In this document: positions 17,866-25,911 of the stretch, in pieces | How positions within the stretch are numbered: the stretch's first letter is position 1 | Layout of the letters: every line of letters starts with the position of its first letter | From: Candidatus Saccharimonadota bacterium | Lineage (GTDB): Bacteria; Patescibacteriota; Saccharimonadia; Saccharimonadales; 2-12-FULL-41-12 | NCBI GenBank assembly: GCA_043741255.1 | Contig: JAYUAP010000094.1 | Location: 1 to 48,705, forward strand | DNA: 48,705 nt | Direction: 5' to 3' | Program-made: the position numbers and the translations under genes | Notes under the pieces: model-generated | Told to the model about the DNA's origin: nothing | Database searches by the model: none | What the model saw: only the letters and a program-made list of their open reading frames with translations

Positions 17866-19203
17866 ATGAAAGAAGAAAAAAAGCTAACTATTATTGGTTC
17901 AAAAACCTTAGTAGATTTTCCGGACCAAGCTTTATTTGGCGTGCCTGCAAAAGTCGATACTGGTGCCGACTCTTCTTCTCTGTGGGCCAGTGGCATAACA
18001 GAGGAAAATGGCACAGTTTCTTTCTCGCTTTTTGACCCCTCCTCACCGTTTTATACAGGAGAGCGCATACGGGCCGATAAATTCTCTGTAAGAAGTATCA
18101 AAAACTCCTTTGGTGTATCTGAACTTCGCTACAAAATTTCACTGCCGATTGTTCTGTCTGACAAGAAGTTTAAAGCAAGGTTTACTCTGTCTAACAGAAA
18201 AAACACTCGATACCCAATCCTTATTGGTCGTCAAACATTAAAAAACCGGTTTATTGTGGACGTTTCTAGGTCTAGAGGCAGTGAAAAAGTGCATATCCCA
18301 AAGAAAATACTGGTGTTAGTAAATAATGGTAGCGAAAAAATTACCTCATTTTACGCCGAGGCAGAACAGCGTAATGAAGGCAAAATAATCTTTGAAGTAA
18401 GACGCTACAAAGATTTAGTTATTAGCTTTGAAACCGGCGAAGCCACAGTTAAGTTCATCCAAGATGACGTAAATATCCAAAGTTTTGATTTAATTTATTT
18501 TAAAACTCGGGTAAAAAATGCCGAGATTGCCTCAGTGGTTGCTAACATGGCAAAACAACAAAATATCCCATATGTAGACAAGGTAACATCACAGCAACCA
18601 ACAGATAAAAAAGTGCACCAAGGTGCCTTGCTGGCTATGCGTGGTTTACCAGTCCCAAAGTCGATTTATATGGATAAATCACACTGGGAAAACAAATTTA
18701 ATATGCTGGAGAAAGAGCTAGAGTTACCATTTATTTTTAAAGACAATGACGGCCGTAAGGGCAGGAACAACTTCCTGATTAATAGCCCAAAAGACTTTAA
18801 ACAAGCCATAAAAAGCGTAATTGCAGATAACTTGCAGATGATAGCCCAAGAATACGTGCCAAATGACGGCTATTACAGAATAGTTATTTTAGGACGACAG
18901 GTTGCGATGGCAATGCATAGGAAAGTTGACCAGAAAGTATCCCATTTATATAACCGCGACCGTGATGGCCTACCAACATATGTTGATGAAACGGAGCTAT
19001 CTCTAGATTCAATCAGGATTGCCGTTAATTCAGCAGAATACTTAGGTCTGGACGTCGCTGGTGTCGATTTAATCAAGGACAAAGATAACGGCATGTGGTA
19101 TTGTTTGGAAGTTAACAACAGTCCACAACTTTCTAGCGGGGCATTCGTTACAGAAAAAATGAATGCTCTTACCAAATATTTCGTAGAAGAGATGGACAGG
19201 TAA
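17866..19203 (+). CDS. fusion protein: retropepsin-like DUF785 (RimB-type putative protease) domain + ATP-grasp (RimK-like) domain
   Basis: The N-terminus (VPAKVDTGADSSSLWA ... ILIGRQTL) matches the aspartic-protease-like DUF785 domain that accompanies RimK. The C-terminal half has ATP-grasp features (IAQEYV, GVDLI...LEVNNSP). Confidence 0.7.
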   Translation: MKEEKKLTIIGSKTLVDFPDQALFGVPAKVDTGADSSSLWASGITEENGTVSFSLFDPSSPFYTGERIRADKFSVRSIKNSFGVSELRYKISLPIVLSDKKFKARFTLSNRKNTRYPILIGRQTLKNRFIVDVSRSRGSEKVHIPKKILVLVNNGSEKITSFYAEAEQRNEGKIIFEVRRYKDLVISFETGEATVKFIQDDVNIQSFDLIYFKTRVKNAEIASVVANMAKQQNIPYVDKVTSQQPTDKKVHQGALLAMRGLPVPKSIYMDKSHWENKFNMLEKELELPFIFKDNDGRKGRNNFLINSPKDFKQAIKSVIADNLQMIAQEYVPNDGYYRIVILGRQVAMAMHRKVDQKVSHLYNRDRDGLPTYVDETELSLDSIRIAVNSAEYLGLDVAGVDLIKDKDNGMWYCLEVNNSPQLSSGAFVTEKMNALTKYFVEEMDR

Positions 19204-19208
19204 CAATT

Positions 19209-20111
19209 ATGAAAATAGCTATTTTATCTAAAGGTGCACTTAATTACTCTACAAAAAGGCTCAAAGAAGAGGCGATAGCCCGTGGCCATGAAGTAGAGGT
19301 TATTAACTATGCCAAATGTTATGTAACAATCCAGCGTGACACGCCTGTTGTACGTTACCAGGGTCGTGACCTTAGCCATTTTGACGCCATTATCCCGCGT
19401 ATTGCGTCTAGTTTGACCAAGTATGGTAGTTCTATCGTACGGCAGTTTGAAACACAAGGTGCTTTTAGCACGGCTAGCTCGATTGCTATTGTACGCTCGC
19501 GCGACAAACTGCGCAGTATGCAACTTTTGGCCCGTTACGGTGTGGGGATTCCTAAAACCGTGTTTGCGCGTGAAACAGCCGACCTAGAAGATGTCATTGA
19601 CCAAGCTGGTGGTACACCACTGATAATCAAGGTTGCTCGTGGTACACACGGCAATGGTGTAGTGTTAGCCGAGACTCGAAAGGCTGCCCAGGCTGTGATG
19701 CAAGCCTTTTATGTAGAAGGCGTGAGCTTTTTGGTCCAAGAATTTATTAAAGAATCGGCCGGTACCGATATTCGTGCTTTTGTTGTGGGCGGAAAAGTGG
19801 TTGCCAGCATGGAACGACAAAGTCTAGATGATGACTTCCGGTCTAACCTGCATCAAGGTGGTCAGGGCAAACCTGTTAAACTTAGCGAAGAAGAGCGCCG
19901 AACCGCTCAAAGAGCTGCTAAGGCCATGGGTCTAGCTGTTTGCGGTGTTGATATGATGCGTTCTGATAATGGTCCGTTGGTGTTAGAGGTAAACGCTAGT
20001 CCAGGATTTGGCATAGAAACCGTTACTGGCCACAATGTTGCTGGTAAAATAATAGAATATGTCGAACAAAACGCTAAAGGCCGAAGACGAAAAGACCGCG
20101 TTGGCGCCTAG
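19209..20111 (+). CDS. rimK: RimK-family alpha-L-glutamate ligase (ATP-grasp)
   Basis: 300 aa and collinear with RimK (MKIAILS, IPR, GIP.P.T, IIKV..GT.G.GV, VQEFI, D.R..VVGG, CGVDM....GP.VLEVN.SPG). Confidence 0.85.
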   Translation: MKIAILSKGALNYSTKRLKEEAIARGHEVEVINYAKCYVTIQRDTPVVRYQGRDLSHFDAIIPRIASSLTKYGSSIVRQFETQGAFSTASSIAIVRSRDKLRSMQLLARYGVGIPKTVFARETADLEDVIDQAGGTPLIIKVARGTHGNGVVLAETRKAAQAVMQAFYVEGVSFLVQEFIKESAGTDIRAFVVGGKVVASMERQSLDDDFRSNLHQGGQGKPVKLSEEERRTAQRAAKAMGLAVCGVDMMRSDNGPLVLEVNASPGFGIETVTGHNVAGKIIEYVEQNAKGRRRKDRVGA

Positions 20112-20589
20112 GACCCCACTTCTCAAATTTTTGTTCTATATTTCACTCTTCGTGGCCGTTATTTTGGCATCTGCATATCTGATAAGCGCTAAAGATGCAC
20201 CGGATACCCCAGAGCACAGCTACTTGGTGAGTAAAAAGTGCCTAAGGATGGATGGCGATAGCAAATGTCTAGCAATTTTAGAGGTGGCCGACACTGATGC
20301 AAAACGGATAAAAGGCTTATCCGGTAGAGAACACATGGCAAAAGACCATGGCATGATTTTTACATCGGACGTAGTAGAAACACAGTGTTTTTGGATGAAA
20401 GGGATGATGTTTCCTTTGGATTTTATCTGGCTAGATTCTGATAAAAAAATAGTAAAAATTGACCATAATGTCAGCCCTAGTACATATCCAAAGCAGTACT
20501 GCGTGGGTAATGTGCGGTACGTCGTAGAGTTAAATGGTGGATATGTCACAAAAGTTGAGTTAGATTCTGGGCAAAAACTAGATTTTTAG
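20059..20589 (+). CDS. DUF192 family protein with N-terminal signal anchor
   Basis: DUF192 core (KGLSGREHMAKDHGMIF ... FWMKGMMFPLDFIWLD ... VVELNGG). The start is uncertain, because the called ATG overlaps rimK by 53 nt. Confidence 0.65.
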   Translation: MSNKTLKAEDEKTALAPRTPLLKFLFYISLFVAVILASAYLISAKDAPDTPEHSYLVSKKCLRMDGDSKCLAILEVADTDAKRIKGLSGREHMAKDHGMIFTSDVVETQCFWMKGMMFPLDFIWLDSDKKIVKIDHNVSPSTYPKQYCVGNVRYVVELNGGYVTKVELDSGQKLDF

Positions 20590-20615
20590 AAGCATTAGCG
20601 TGATAAGCTATTATC

Positions 20616-21062
20616 ATGGGTAACGAGCTAATTATTGTAGCAATTATTTTGGCTATCGTATGGATTGGTATTTTGGTTTTGCGAGTACCAGCTTTTGTGG
20701 CGTTTTTTTCTTTGTTAGTCGGGCAAGTTTTGTCTACTGAATTAGCTTTGAACATCTCTGGATTTAAATATTCGCAGGTAGTTTTATTGGTCTTGCCGTT
20801 GGCAGTAACTATGTTTTTGCTGAGGGGCAGAGTGCCTAAATCTAAACTTTTGGTAGAATTTTTGCCAGCATTTAGCGTAGCTGTGGTGCTAATGTTGTTT
20901 TTGTATCCGATGATTTATGCGCTGAGCGCAGCTTTGGATATTGTTACAAACAATAGGTTGATGGACTATAAATCTTGGTTATTAGTTATTTCATCCGTTT
21001 TGATACTAACCACGGCACTTTTAAACTATCCCAAATCGCATGAGGGCAAGCATCATAAGTAG
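20616..21062 (+). CDS. integral membrane protein (hypothetical, 4 predicted TM)
   Basis: 148-aa hydrophobic ORF. No motif. Confidence 0.5.
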   Translation: MGNELIIVAIILAIVWIGILVLRVPAFVAFFSLLVGQVLSTELALNISGFKYSQVVLLVLPLAVTMFLLRGRVPKSKLLVEFLPAFSVAVVLMLFLYPMIYALSAALDIVTNNRLMDYKSWLLVISSVLILTTALLNYPKSHEGKHHK

Positions 21063-21078
21063 GTTGCAGGTGCTTAAT

Positions 21079-21408
21079 TTACATTGGGACTGGCATTAGC
21101 TCGAAGACTTCTACGCTAAATTTACCGGTTTTGTCACTTAGAAAAGGGTGTCCATCGACAAGTTTTAATGCTTCATCCATGCTACTAGCTTCTATAATAC
21201 TGTAGCCACTGAGCAGGAGTGGTTCAGAGGCAGAACCATCATCAACTACAGATTTACCGTTAGCCATTGGCTGACCCATATCGACCATGGCTGACCCGAC
21301 TTTTTCCATCCAAGTTTGCCACGCTCTCATGATTTTTCCAACTAATTCTTTGTCCATTTGCTCAGCTGGAGTTGCTGGTCCGTTGTATAATAAAATATAT
21401 TTAGCCAT
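21079..21408 (-). CDS. YCII/DGPF-like dimeric alpha-beta barrel protein
   Basis: I prefer the MAKYILLY start. The overall pattern (hydrophobic N-terminal strand, SGYSIIEASSMDEALKLVDGHPF, VEVFEL) resembles the YCII-related family. Confidence 0.55.
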   Translation of the reverse strand: MAKYILLYNGPATPAEQMDKELVGKIMRAWQTWMEKVGSAMVDMGQPMANGKSVVDDGSASEPLLLSGYSIIEASSMDEALKLVDGHPFLSDKTGKFSVEVFELMPVPM

Positions 21409-21520
21409 AACTTTGTACCTCATTTAAATGGTAATTTTAGTATAGCAAACATAGAGTCTGCGAGGCTCGCTTTCGCGTTGTAGAAAAACCGAAGGGAGAG
21501 CTCACCGAAGGCAACGCACA

Positions 21521-21559
21521 CCTGCAGATGCTCTGTACAGGCAAGTAGCCCAACCCATA
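21521..21559 (+). repeat. 39-nt inverted copy of part of the GH3 5' coding region (partner at 23958-23996)
   Basis: 38/39 identity to the reverse complement of 23958-23996. On the plus strand it reads PADALYRQVAQPI, against PADALYRQVDQPI in the GH3 protein. Confidence 0.85.
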
Positions 21560-21600
21560 TTCCATAAATTAAGTGATGTTTAGCGTGCTAAAATAGGGTT

Positions 21601-22194
21601 ATGAAATATATTTTTGGAGTAATAGCGGTTGTTTTGATAGCTAGCGGTATATTCTTGGGTTTTAATCTGGGTAAAACTAACTCAAATAATGGTAGTACTT
21701 CAGCACCAAGTGGTAGCGACACAACAACCACTGAAAAATCATCTTCTTCTGCAAAGGTATTAGACTTAAGTAATACAGGATTAACAAAAATTACTTCAGA
21801 CGTGTACAGCAAAACAGGCACTACAGATTTAATCCTTTCCAATAATAGTATCCAGACGTTACCTTCAGAAATGGGTAAAATGACAAAAGTGGTTATTTTC
21901 AAAATAGACCACAATATTTTAGACGGTAGCCTAATTGGTGAGATACGTCAGATGTCTAAGCTCAAGCAGCTAGATGTTAGCTATAACAAAATGACTGGAA
22001 TGCCTGCTGAAATTGGCCAATTAAGCAACTTGGAAACTTTGAATTATAGCCATAATAATATTACTGGGTTGCCAAACGAGCTAGCCAGCCTCAAGAACAA
22101 TCTAAAAGAGTTTGATCTTACTGGTAATCCGCTTAGTCAGGAACAGATTAGCAATCTAAAAGCATCCTTACCAAACACAACGATTATTTTTTGA
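21601..22194 (+). CDS. leucine-rich repeat (LRR) protein with N-terminal signal/anchor and S/T-rich linker
   Basis: The N-terminal TM is followed by repeated LxxLxLxxNxL(t/p) units (LDLSNTGLTKI, LILSNNSIQTLP, LDVSYNKMTGMP, LNYSHNNITGLP, FDLTGNPL). Confidence 0.8.
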   Translation: MKYIFGVIAVVLIASGIFLGFNLGKTNSNNGSTSAPSGSDTTTTEKSSSSAKVLDLSNTGLTKITSDVYSKTGTTDLILSNNSIQTLPSEMGKMTKVVIFKIDHNILDGSLIGEIRQMSKLKQLDVSYNKMTGMPAEIGQLSNLETLNYSHNNITGLPNELASLKNNLKEFDLTGNPLSQEQISNLKASLPNTTIIF

Positions 22195-22220
22195 TAAAAA
22201 CCTCGTACAAGTTAGTAAAA

Positions 22221-24164
22221 CTACAGCCCAAAACCTCTCTCAAATAAAGGCTTAGTGCCATCTCGCGTACTACCATTCGCATTTGTAGGTACTTGTTGCA
22301 TGTTCAATGGCCATGTTATGGGTAGTCTAGCTTTGAATTGACTAAGTCCAAATAAAACATCAGCAACACCGCCGCCTTCACTACCGGGGAGCCAGGCAGC
22401 TACTACCGCATCCCAGGACGATATCTGATCAGTAATAATAAGTGGTCGTCCAGATAGAATAATCACAATAACCTTTTCAGACGATTTTTTTAGATTTTCT
22501 ATTGCCTGAATATCCTTTGTATCTATACTTGGATTCGCATTGTCTCCCCAACCTTCTGCGTATGGTTTCTCGCTGACAACAGCAATACCTACATCGGCTT
22601 TTTTATTATCAAGCTTAAAATTACCATCTATTTCGTAGTTAATCTGAACACCATCGCTCACTACCTGTCGTATACCTTGCAGAATCGATGTTCCTCCTGG
22701 CATCCAATTTCCATCTACACCTTGCCATTCGACGGTCCACGCACCACATTGTCTACCCACATTATCGGCACCGCTACCCGACACAAGAATTTGGTCAGTA
22801 TTTTCTGGTAACGGCAGTAGAGAGTTTTCATTTTTTAGTAACACTGCAGACGAAGCTACAATTTTACGGGCAAGTTTGTGGTGTTTTTCAGAACCTACAG
22901 TATCCAGACTAATATTGTTCAAGGATACATCAAATAAGCCAGCTTTAAATTTTTGATACAGAATACGACTGACCGCATCATCGATTCGTGCCTGACTAAT
23001 TTCGTCATTGTTTACAGCCTTACGCACGTCACCCAGGAATGTTTTGTAGTCGTATGGCAGCATGGCCATATCCAGGCCCGCATTTATAGTTTTTACATTT
23101 GCTTTATACTTGCTTGTCTTGGAGTATTCATAAACCCCATACCAATCCGAAACAACAAAACCCTTAAAACCTAATTCGGTTTTCAGCTTATCGGTTACCA
23201 AATATTTGCTATCAATAATACGTTCATCGCCCCATTGGTTCAGACCTATCAATACAGAGGCAACGTCTGCTTCAATAACTTTTTTGTATGGCGGAAGGTA
23301 CTCGTTTATTAGTGCTTGGTTATCGGCTTTAGTTTTTCCTTGGTCAATTTTGAATTTTTTATGATTTGATTTTCCCCATTCCATGGCACCAGTAGCCAGA
23401 TAATGCTTTGCCGATGCAAGTACGTACGTTTTGTCGTCGAGAGATGCCTGAGTACCTGCAACATATGCTCTTCCCAGTTCGCCATTTAGAGTAGGATTAT
23501 CAGAAAAAGCCTCGTAAACTCTACCCCAGCGCATGTCTTTAGGCGCATCAAGTGAAGGTGAGTAATTCCAATTTATTCCGGTCGCCTTCAACTCTTCGCT
23601 TGTAGCAATTGCTACCTCATTTACTAGCTTAGTATCTTGGGTTGCGCCCAATCCTATGGCGTGTGGGAAAACCGTTGCTCCCAATACATTAGAATGGCCG
23701 TGATTAGCATCAGTTCCGTACAGAATCGGTATCCCAAGCCTTGATTTCAGCGCTTGATCCTTCATGCCATTAACCATATCCTTCCAGCCTTGTGCCGTAT
23801 TAGTCTTTGGTTTGGCGCCGGCACCGCTCAGCACACCACCTAAGTAGTATTTGCTAATGTCGTCCACCTTTCTAAGGCTATTCTTATCGACCAAAGCCAT
23901 TTGACCAATTTTTTCCTCTAAAGTCATACGAGACACCAAGTCTCGCACCCTGATTTCTATGGGTTGGTCTACTTGCCTGTACAGAGCATCTGCAGGCGGT
24001 GGCGGTAATTGTATCCCCAAATCCTCCGGTTGAAGCAAGTAAGTAACAAAACTAACAATTGAGACCACAAATATAACAAAAACAATCCAGCGGTTACGAT
24101 GGGTATTAATTTTGTTTAAAATAGTTTTTTTATCTTTACGGTGAGTTTTTTTTCGATTAGCCAT
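22221..24164 (-). CDS. glycoside hydrolase family 3 (BglX-like beta-glucosidase/exo-glycosidase), membrane-anchored
   Basis: GH3 N- and C-terminal domains, with the nucleophile context GFVVSDW. I prefer the MANRKK start at 24164, which lies 7 nt downstream of TGcTATAAT (24172-24180 on the minus strand). The N-terminus has a basic stretch followed by a TM anchor. Confidence 0.9.
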   Translation of the reverse strand: MANRKKTHRKDKKTILNKINTHRNRWIVFVIFVVSIVSFVTYLLQPEDLGIQLPPPPADALYRQVDQPIEIRVRDLVSRMTLEEKIGQMALVDKNSLRKVDDISKYYLGGVLSGAGAKPKTNTAQGWKDMVNGMKDQALKSRLGIPILYGTDANHGHSNVLGATVFPHAIGLGATQDTKLVNEVAIATSEELKATGINWNYSPSLDAPKDMRWGRVYEAFSDNPTLNGELGRAYVAGTQASLDDKTYVLASAKHYLATGAMEWGKSNHKKFKIDQGKTKADNQALINEYLPPYKKVIEADVASVLIGLNQWGDERIIDSKYLVTDKLKTELGFKGFVVSDWYGVYEYSKTSKYKANVKTINAGLDMAMLPYDYKTFLGDVRKAVNNDEISQARIDDAVSRILYQKFKAGLFDVSLNNISLDTVGSEKHHKLARKIVASSAVLLKNENSLLPLPENTDQILVSGSGADNVGRQCGAWTVEWQGVDGNWMPGGTSILQGIRQVVSDGVQINYEIDGNFKLDNKKADVGIAVVSEKPYAEGWGDNANPSIDTKDIQAIENLKKSSEKVIVIILSGRPLIITDQISSWDAVVAAWLPGSEGGGVADVLFGLSQFKARLPITWPLNMQQVPTNANGSTRDGTKPLFERGFGL

Positions 24165-24182
24165 TAGTATAATTATAGCAAA

Positions 24183-24210
24183 AAAACACCTTAAAACGGA
24201 GGTGTTTAAC
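24183..24210 (-). terminator. rho-independent terminator (minus strand) between module A and the GH3 promoter
   Basis: On the minus strand: AACACCT-CCGTTTTA-AGGTGTT followed by TTTTTG. Confidence 0.45.
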
Positions 24211-24219
24211 ATAAGCTTA

Positions 24220-24362
24220 TTGGAGGGCCAGGAGGGACTCGCCTCACAGCCAAGAAATATACTTTTGCTAATGCGACCTCAACTCACTTTGTTCGTTCTG
24301 AGGCAAGGTGCGGGGACTGCAGACTTGCAGTCCCGTTCGAGTCCCGACTAATCTTCAGCCAA
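24220..24362. repeat. tRNA-3'-end-derived imperfect palindromic module A
   Basis: The left arm TTGGAGGGCCAGGAGGGACTCG is the reverse complement of a T-arm/acceptor/CCA-like end. Central hairpin GGGACTGC-AGACTT-GCAGTCCC at 24313-24334. The right arm contains the T-loop-like GTTCGAGTC. An A-run, an imperfect hairpin and a T-run follow at 24363-24398. Confidence 0.6.
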
Positions 24363-24398
24363 GAAAAAAAGCACTATCTTTACAGACAGAGCCTTTTT

Positions 24399-24432
24399 AT
24401 TGGAGGGACGTATGTATCGCTGTTACAACTGA
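24399..24432 (+). repeat. conserved ~31-nt block (TGGAGGGACGTATGT...CAACTRA), copy 1
   Basis: TTGGAGGGACGTATGTATCGCTGTTACAACTGA, compared with 26535-26566 ATGGAGGGACGTATGTTTGGTTGTTGCAACTAA. It can be read as GGAGGG + 5 nt + a 6-codon ORF (MYRCYN / MFGCCN). Confidence 0.5.
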
Positions 24433-24529
24433 ATTATTGGATCACCCTAGACCGTTTGTGACCGTATTATCAACTAATTAATATAGGCTCCAAACGAGCA
24501 TGGAAGTAGACATGGTTACATTTTATAAC

Positions 24530-24580
24530 GCTTATGGTTACATAATGTATCTGTTAAGGAAGGCTTATGGTTACATAATG
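24530..24580 (+). promoter_or_regulatory. direct repeats (putative operator) overlapping the Fic promoter
   Basis: GCTTATGGTTACATAATG occurs at 24530-24547 and 24563-24580, with a partial third copy ATGGTTACAT at 24512-24521. The repeats start 22 and 33 nt apart. The second full repeat covers the -35 position of the TGgTACAAT (24591-24599) extended -10, which lies 6 nt upstream of the Fic ATG. Confidence 0.55.
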
Positions 24581-24605
24581 AAACTTGAGATGGTACAATT
24601 GAGAC

Positions 24606-25754
24606 ATGTTATCCATACCTGAACCATCGTTTAAATCTAGTCTAACAGATCTTATAGTTGAACTCGAAGGGCTCCGCAATAAAGACGTCACTGGGACAGC
24701 TAAGCCTTGGGTTTTCTTCGAACTTAAGAACCTCTTCCATATTGTCGAGGCATTGAGCTCTGCCCGTATCGAAGGTAACCACACTACTCTGGCTGACTTT
24801 GTTGATTCTCAGCTGAGTTTAAATTTACAGAACGAAGAGTTGGTAGAGATTAGCAACATAATTAAGGCTTTGGACTTTATTGATAAACACATTGCTGATC
24901 ACAAGATCGATAAGGCTTTCATCCTTGAACTACATAAAATAGTCGTAAATAGCTTAAGCCCCAACAAAGAAGGCGACAAAAGATCCGGTGCATATCGTAA
25001 CGAACCACGTAAAATAGCCAACTCATCACATGTATTGCCTCAACCGAGCGATATTAACGACCTAATGAATGAACTAATCCAGTTTATTGACGCAAAAAAC
25101 GAGCCGAAACATGACCTACTTAAAGTAGCTATAGCTCACCATAGGTTTGTATGGATTCATCCGTTTGGCAATGGTAATGGTCGTGTCGTTCGTCTGCTCA
25201 CGTACGCCATGCTGCGCAAACAGGGTTTCATAACTACAGGACTCACTCGATTATTCAACCCTGCGGCGGTATTCTCGGGTGACCGTCAGAAGTATTACGA
25301 TATGCTCGAAGAAGCCGATAAAGGTTCTAATGAAAATATCCTTACGTGGTCTGAGTATGTACTTTCAGGACTTAAGGATGAGGTTAAAAAATCACAAAAA
25401 CTTGCTGATGCCGGATTCGTACGTAATGAAATACTTATGCCGACACTTGATTGGGCACTTGAAAAGAATGTTTTGAGCGAACTAGAGGTACAAGTGTTAC
25501 GACGAGTAATCCGAAAGGAGTCTGTTAAAGCCGCTGATGTTCGCGACCTATGGCCTGAAAATCGTTCACACGTTGTGGTATCAAAGTTCTTTAGCAAACT
25601 CCGTAAGCAAAACTTTATCCGCCCACTGAAGGAAAATGGCCGAGAGTATGTACTGTGCTTTACTGGCAATAAGCTGACGCGTGGTATTCTGGAGCAAATG
25701 GAAAAGCAGGGCATGTTGCCGATCCAAGTCGATGAACTAGCGAACAAGAAATAG
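24606..25754 (+). CDS. Fic family protein (AMPylase-type), with N-terminal auto-inhibitory motif and C-terminal wHTH-like extension
   Basis: Fic active-site motif HPFGNGNGRVVR. A Fic_N-type SxxxEG inhibitory motif (SARIEG) lies in the same polypeptide. Confidence 0.9.
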   Translation: MLSIPEPSFKSSLTDLIVELEGLRNKDVTGTAKPWVFFELKNLFHIVEALSSARIEGNHTTLADFVDSQLSLNLQNEELVEISNIIKALDFIDKHIADHKIDKAFILELHKIVVNSLSPNKEGDKRSGAYRNEPRKIANSSHVLPQPSDINDLMNELIQFIDAKNEPKHDLLKVAIAHHRFVWIHPFGNGNGRVVRLLTYAMLRKQGFITTGLTRLFNPAAVFSGDRQKYYDMLEEADKGSNENILTWSEYVLSGLKDEVKKSQKLADAGFVRNEILMPTLDWALEKNVLSELEVQVLRRVIRKESVKAADVRDLWPENRSHVVVSKFFSKLRKQNFIRPLKENGREYVLCFTGNKLTRGILEQMEKQGMLPIQVDELANKK

Positions 25755-25911
25755 AGTATAGCTTACCTGAAATACTTTGTGAAACTCAAGTATTAGCCAA
25801 TTATATAAAAAACATAGGCAGTTTACCCCTGTTTTAAGCATAAGCATCTTGGAGGAGCAAGGTGCAAACTATTGCAACTAGACTGCTGGAAAAGCCTTTT
25901 ATAGCTTCTAC

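Noticed and set aside
21459-21468. 10-nt match (GCGAGGCTCG) to the tRNA-Lys T-arm/module C left arm, considered as a possible far boundary of a 5.8-kb island (21.45-27.25 kb).
   Set aside because: The exact match is too short, since a chance 10-mer match in 2 x 48 kb is plausible, and flanking similarity is poor. I kept it only as a weak hint.
21430-21600. GC-richer structured-looking spacer upstream of the LRR gene, considered as a riboswitch or sRNA.
   Set aside because: I could not recognise a known riboswitch core. Part of the region is explained by the GH3-derived 39-nt repeat, and the remaining pairings (GCGTTG/CAACGC, AGAGTCTGC/GCAGATGCTCT) are short. I left it unassigned.
24220-24351. 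TTG-initiated ORFs covering modules A (24220-24351, 43 aa), B (26338-26502, 54 aa) and C (27010-27171, 53 aa). B and C share the heptapeptide NCHRQFS with only third-position differences.
   Set aside because: The shared heptapeptide coincides with the conserved central hairpin, and two of the four differences are a compensatory base-pair change. Downstream nucleotide homology between B and C (ACTGAG...AAC) falls in different reading frames. The first codons (LEGP) are simply the reverse complement of a tRNA CCA end. Non-coding conservation is the more parsimonious reading, although coding is not fully excluded.
24530-24580. Direct repeats upstream of fic, considered as a possible mini-CRISPR array.
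   Set aside because: There are only two full copies plus one partial copy, the repeat is 18 nt with a 15-nt spacer, no cas genes are present, and the repeats overlap a promoter. An operator interpretation fits better.
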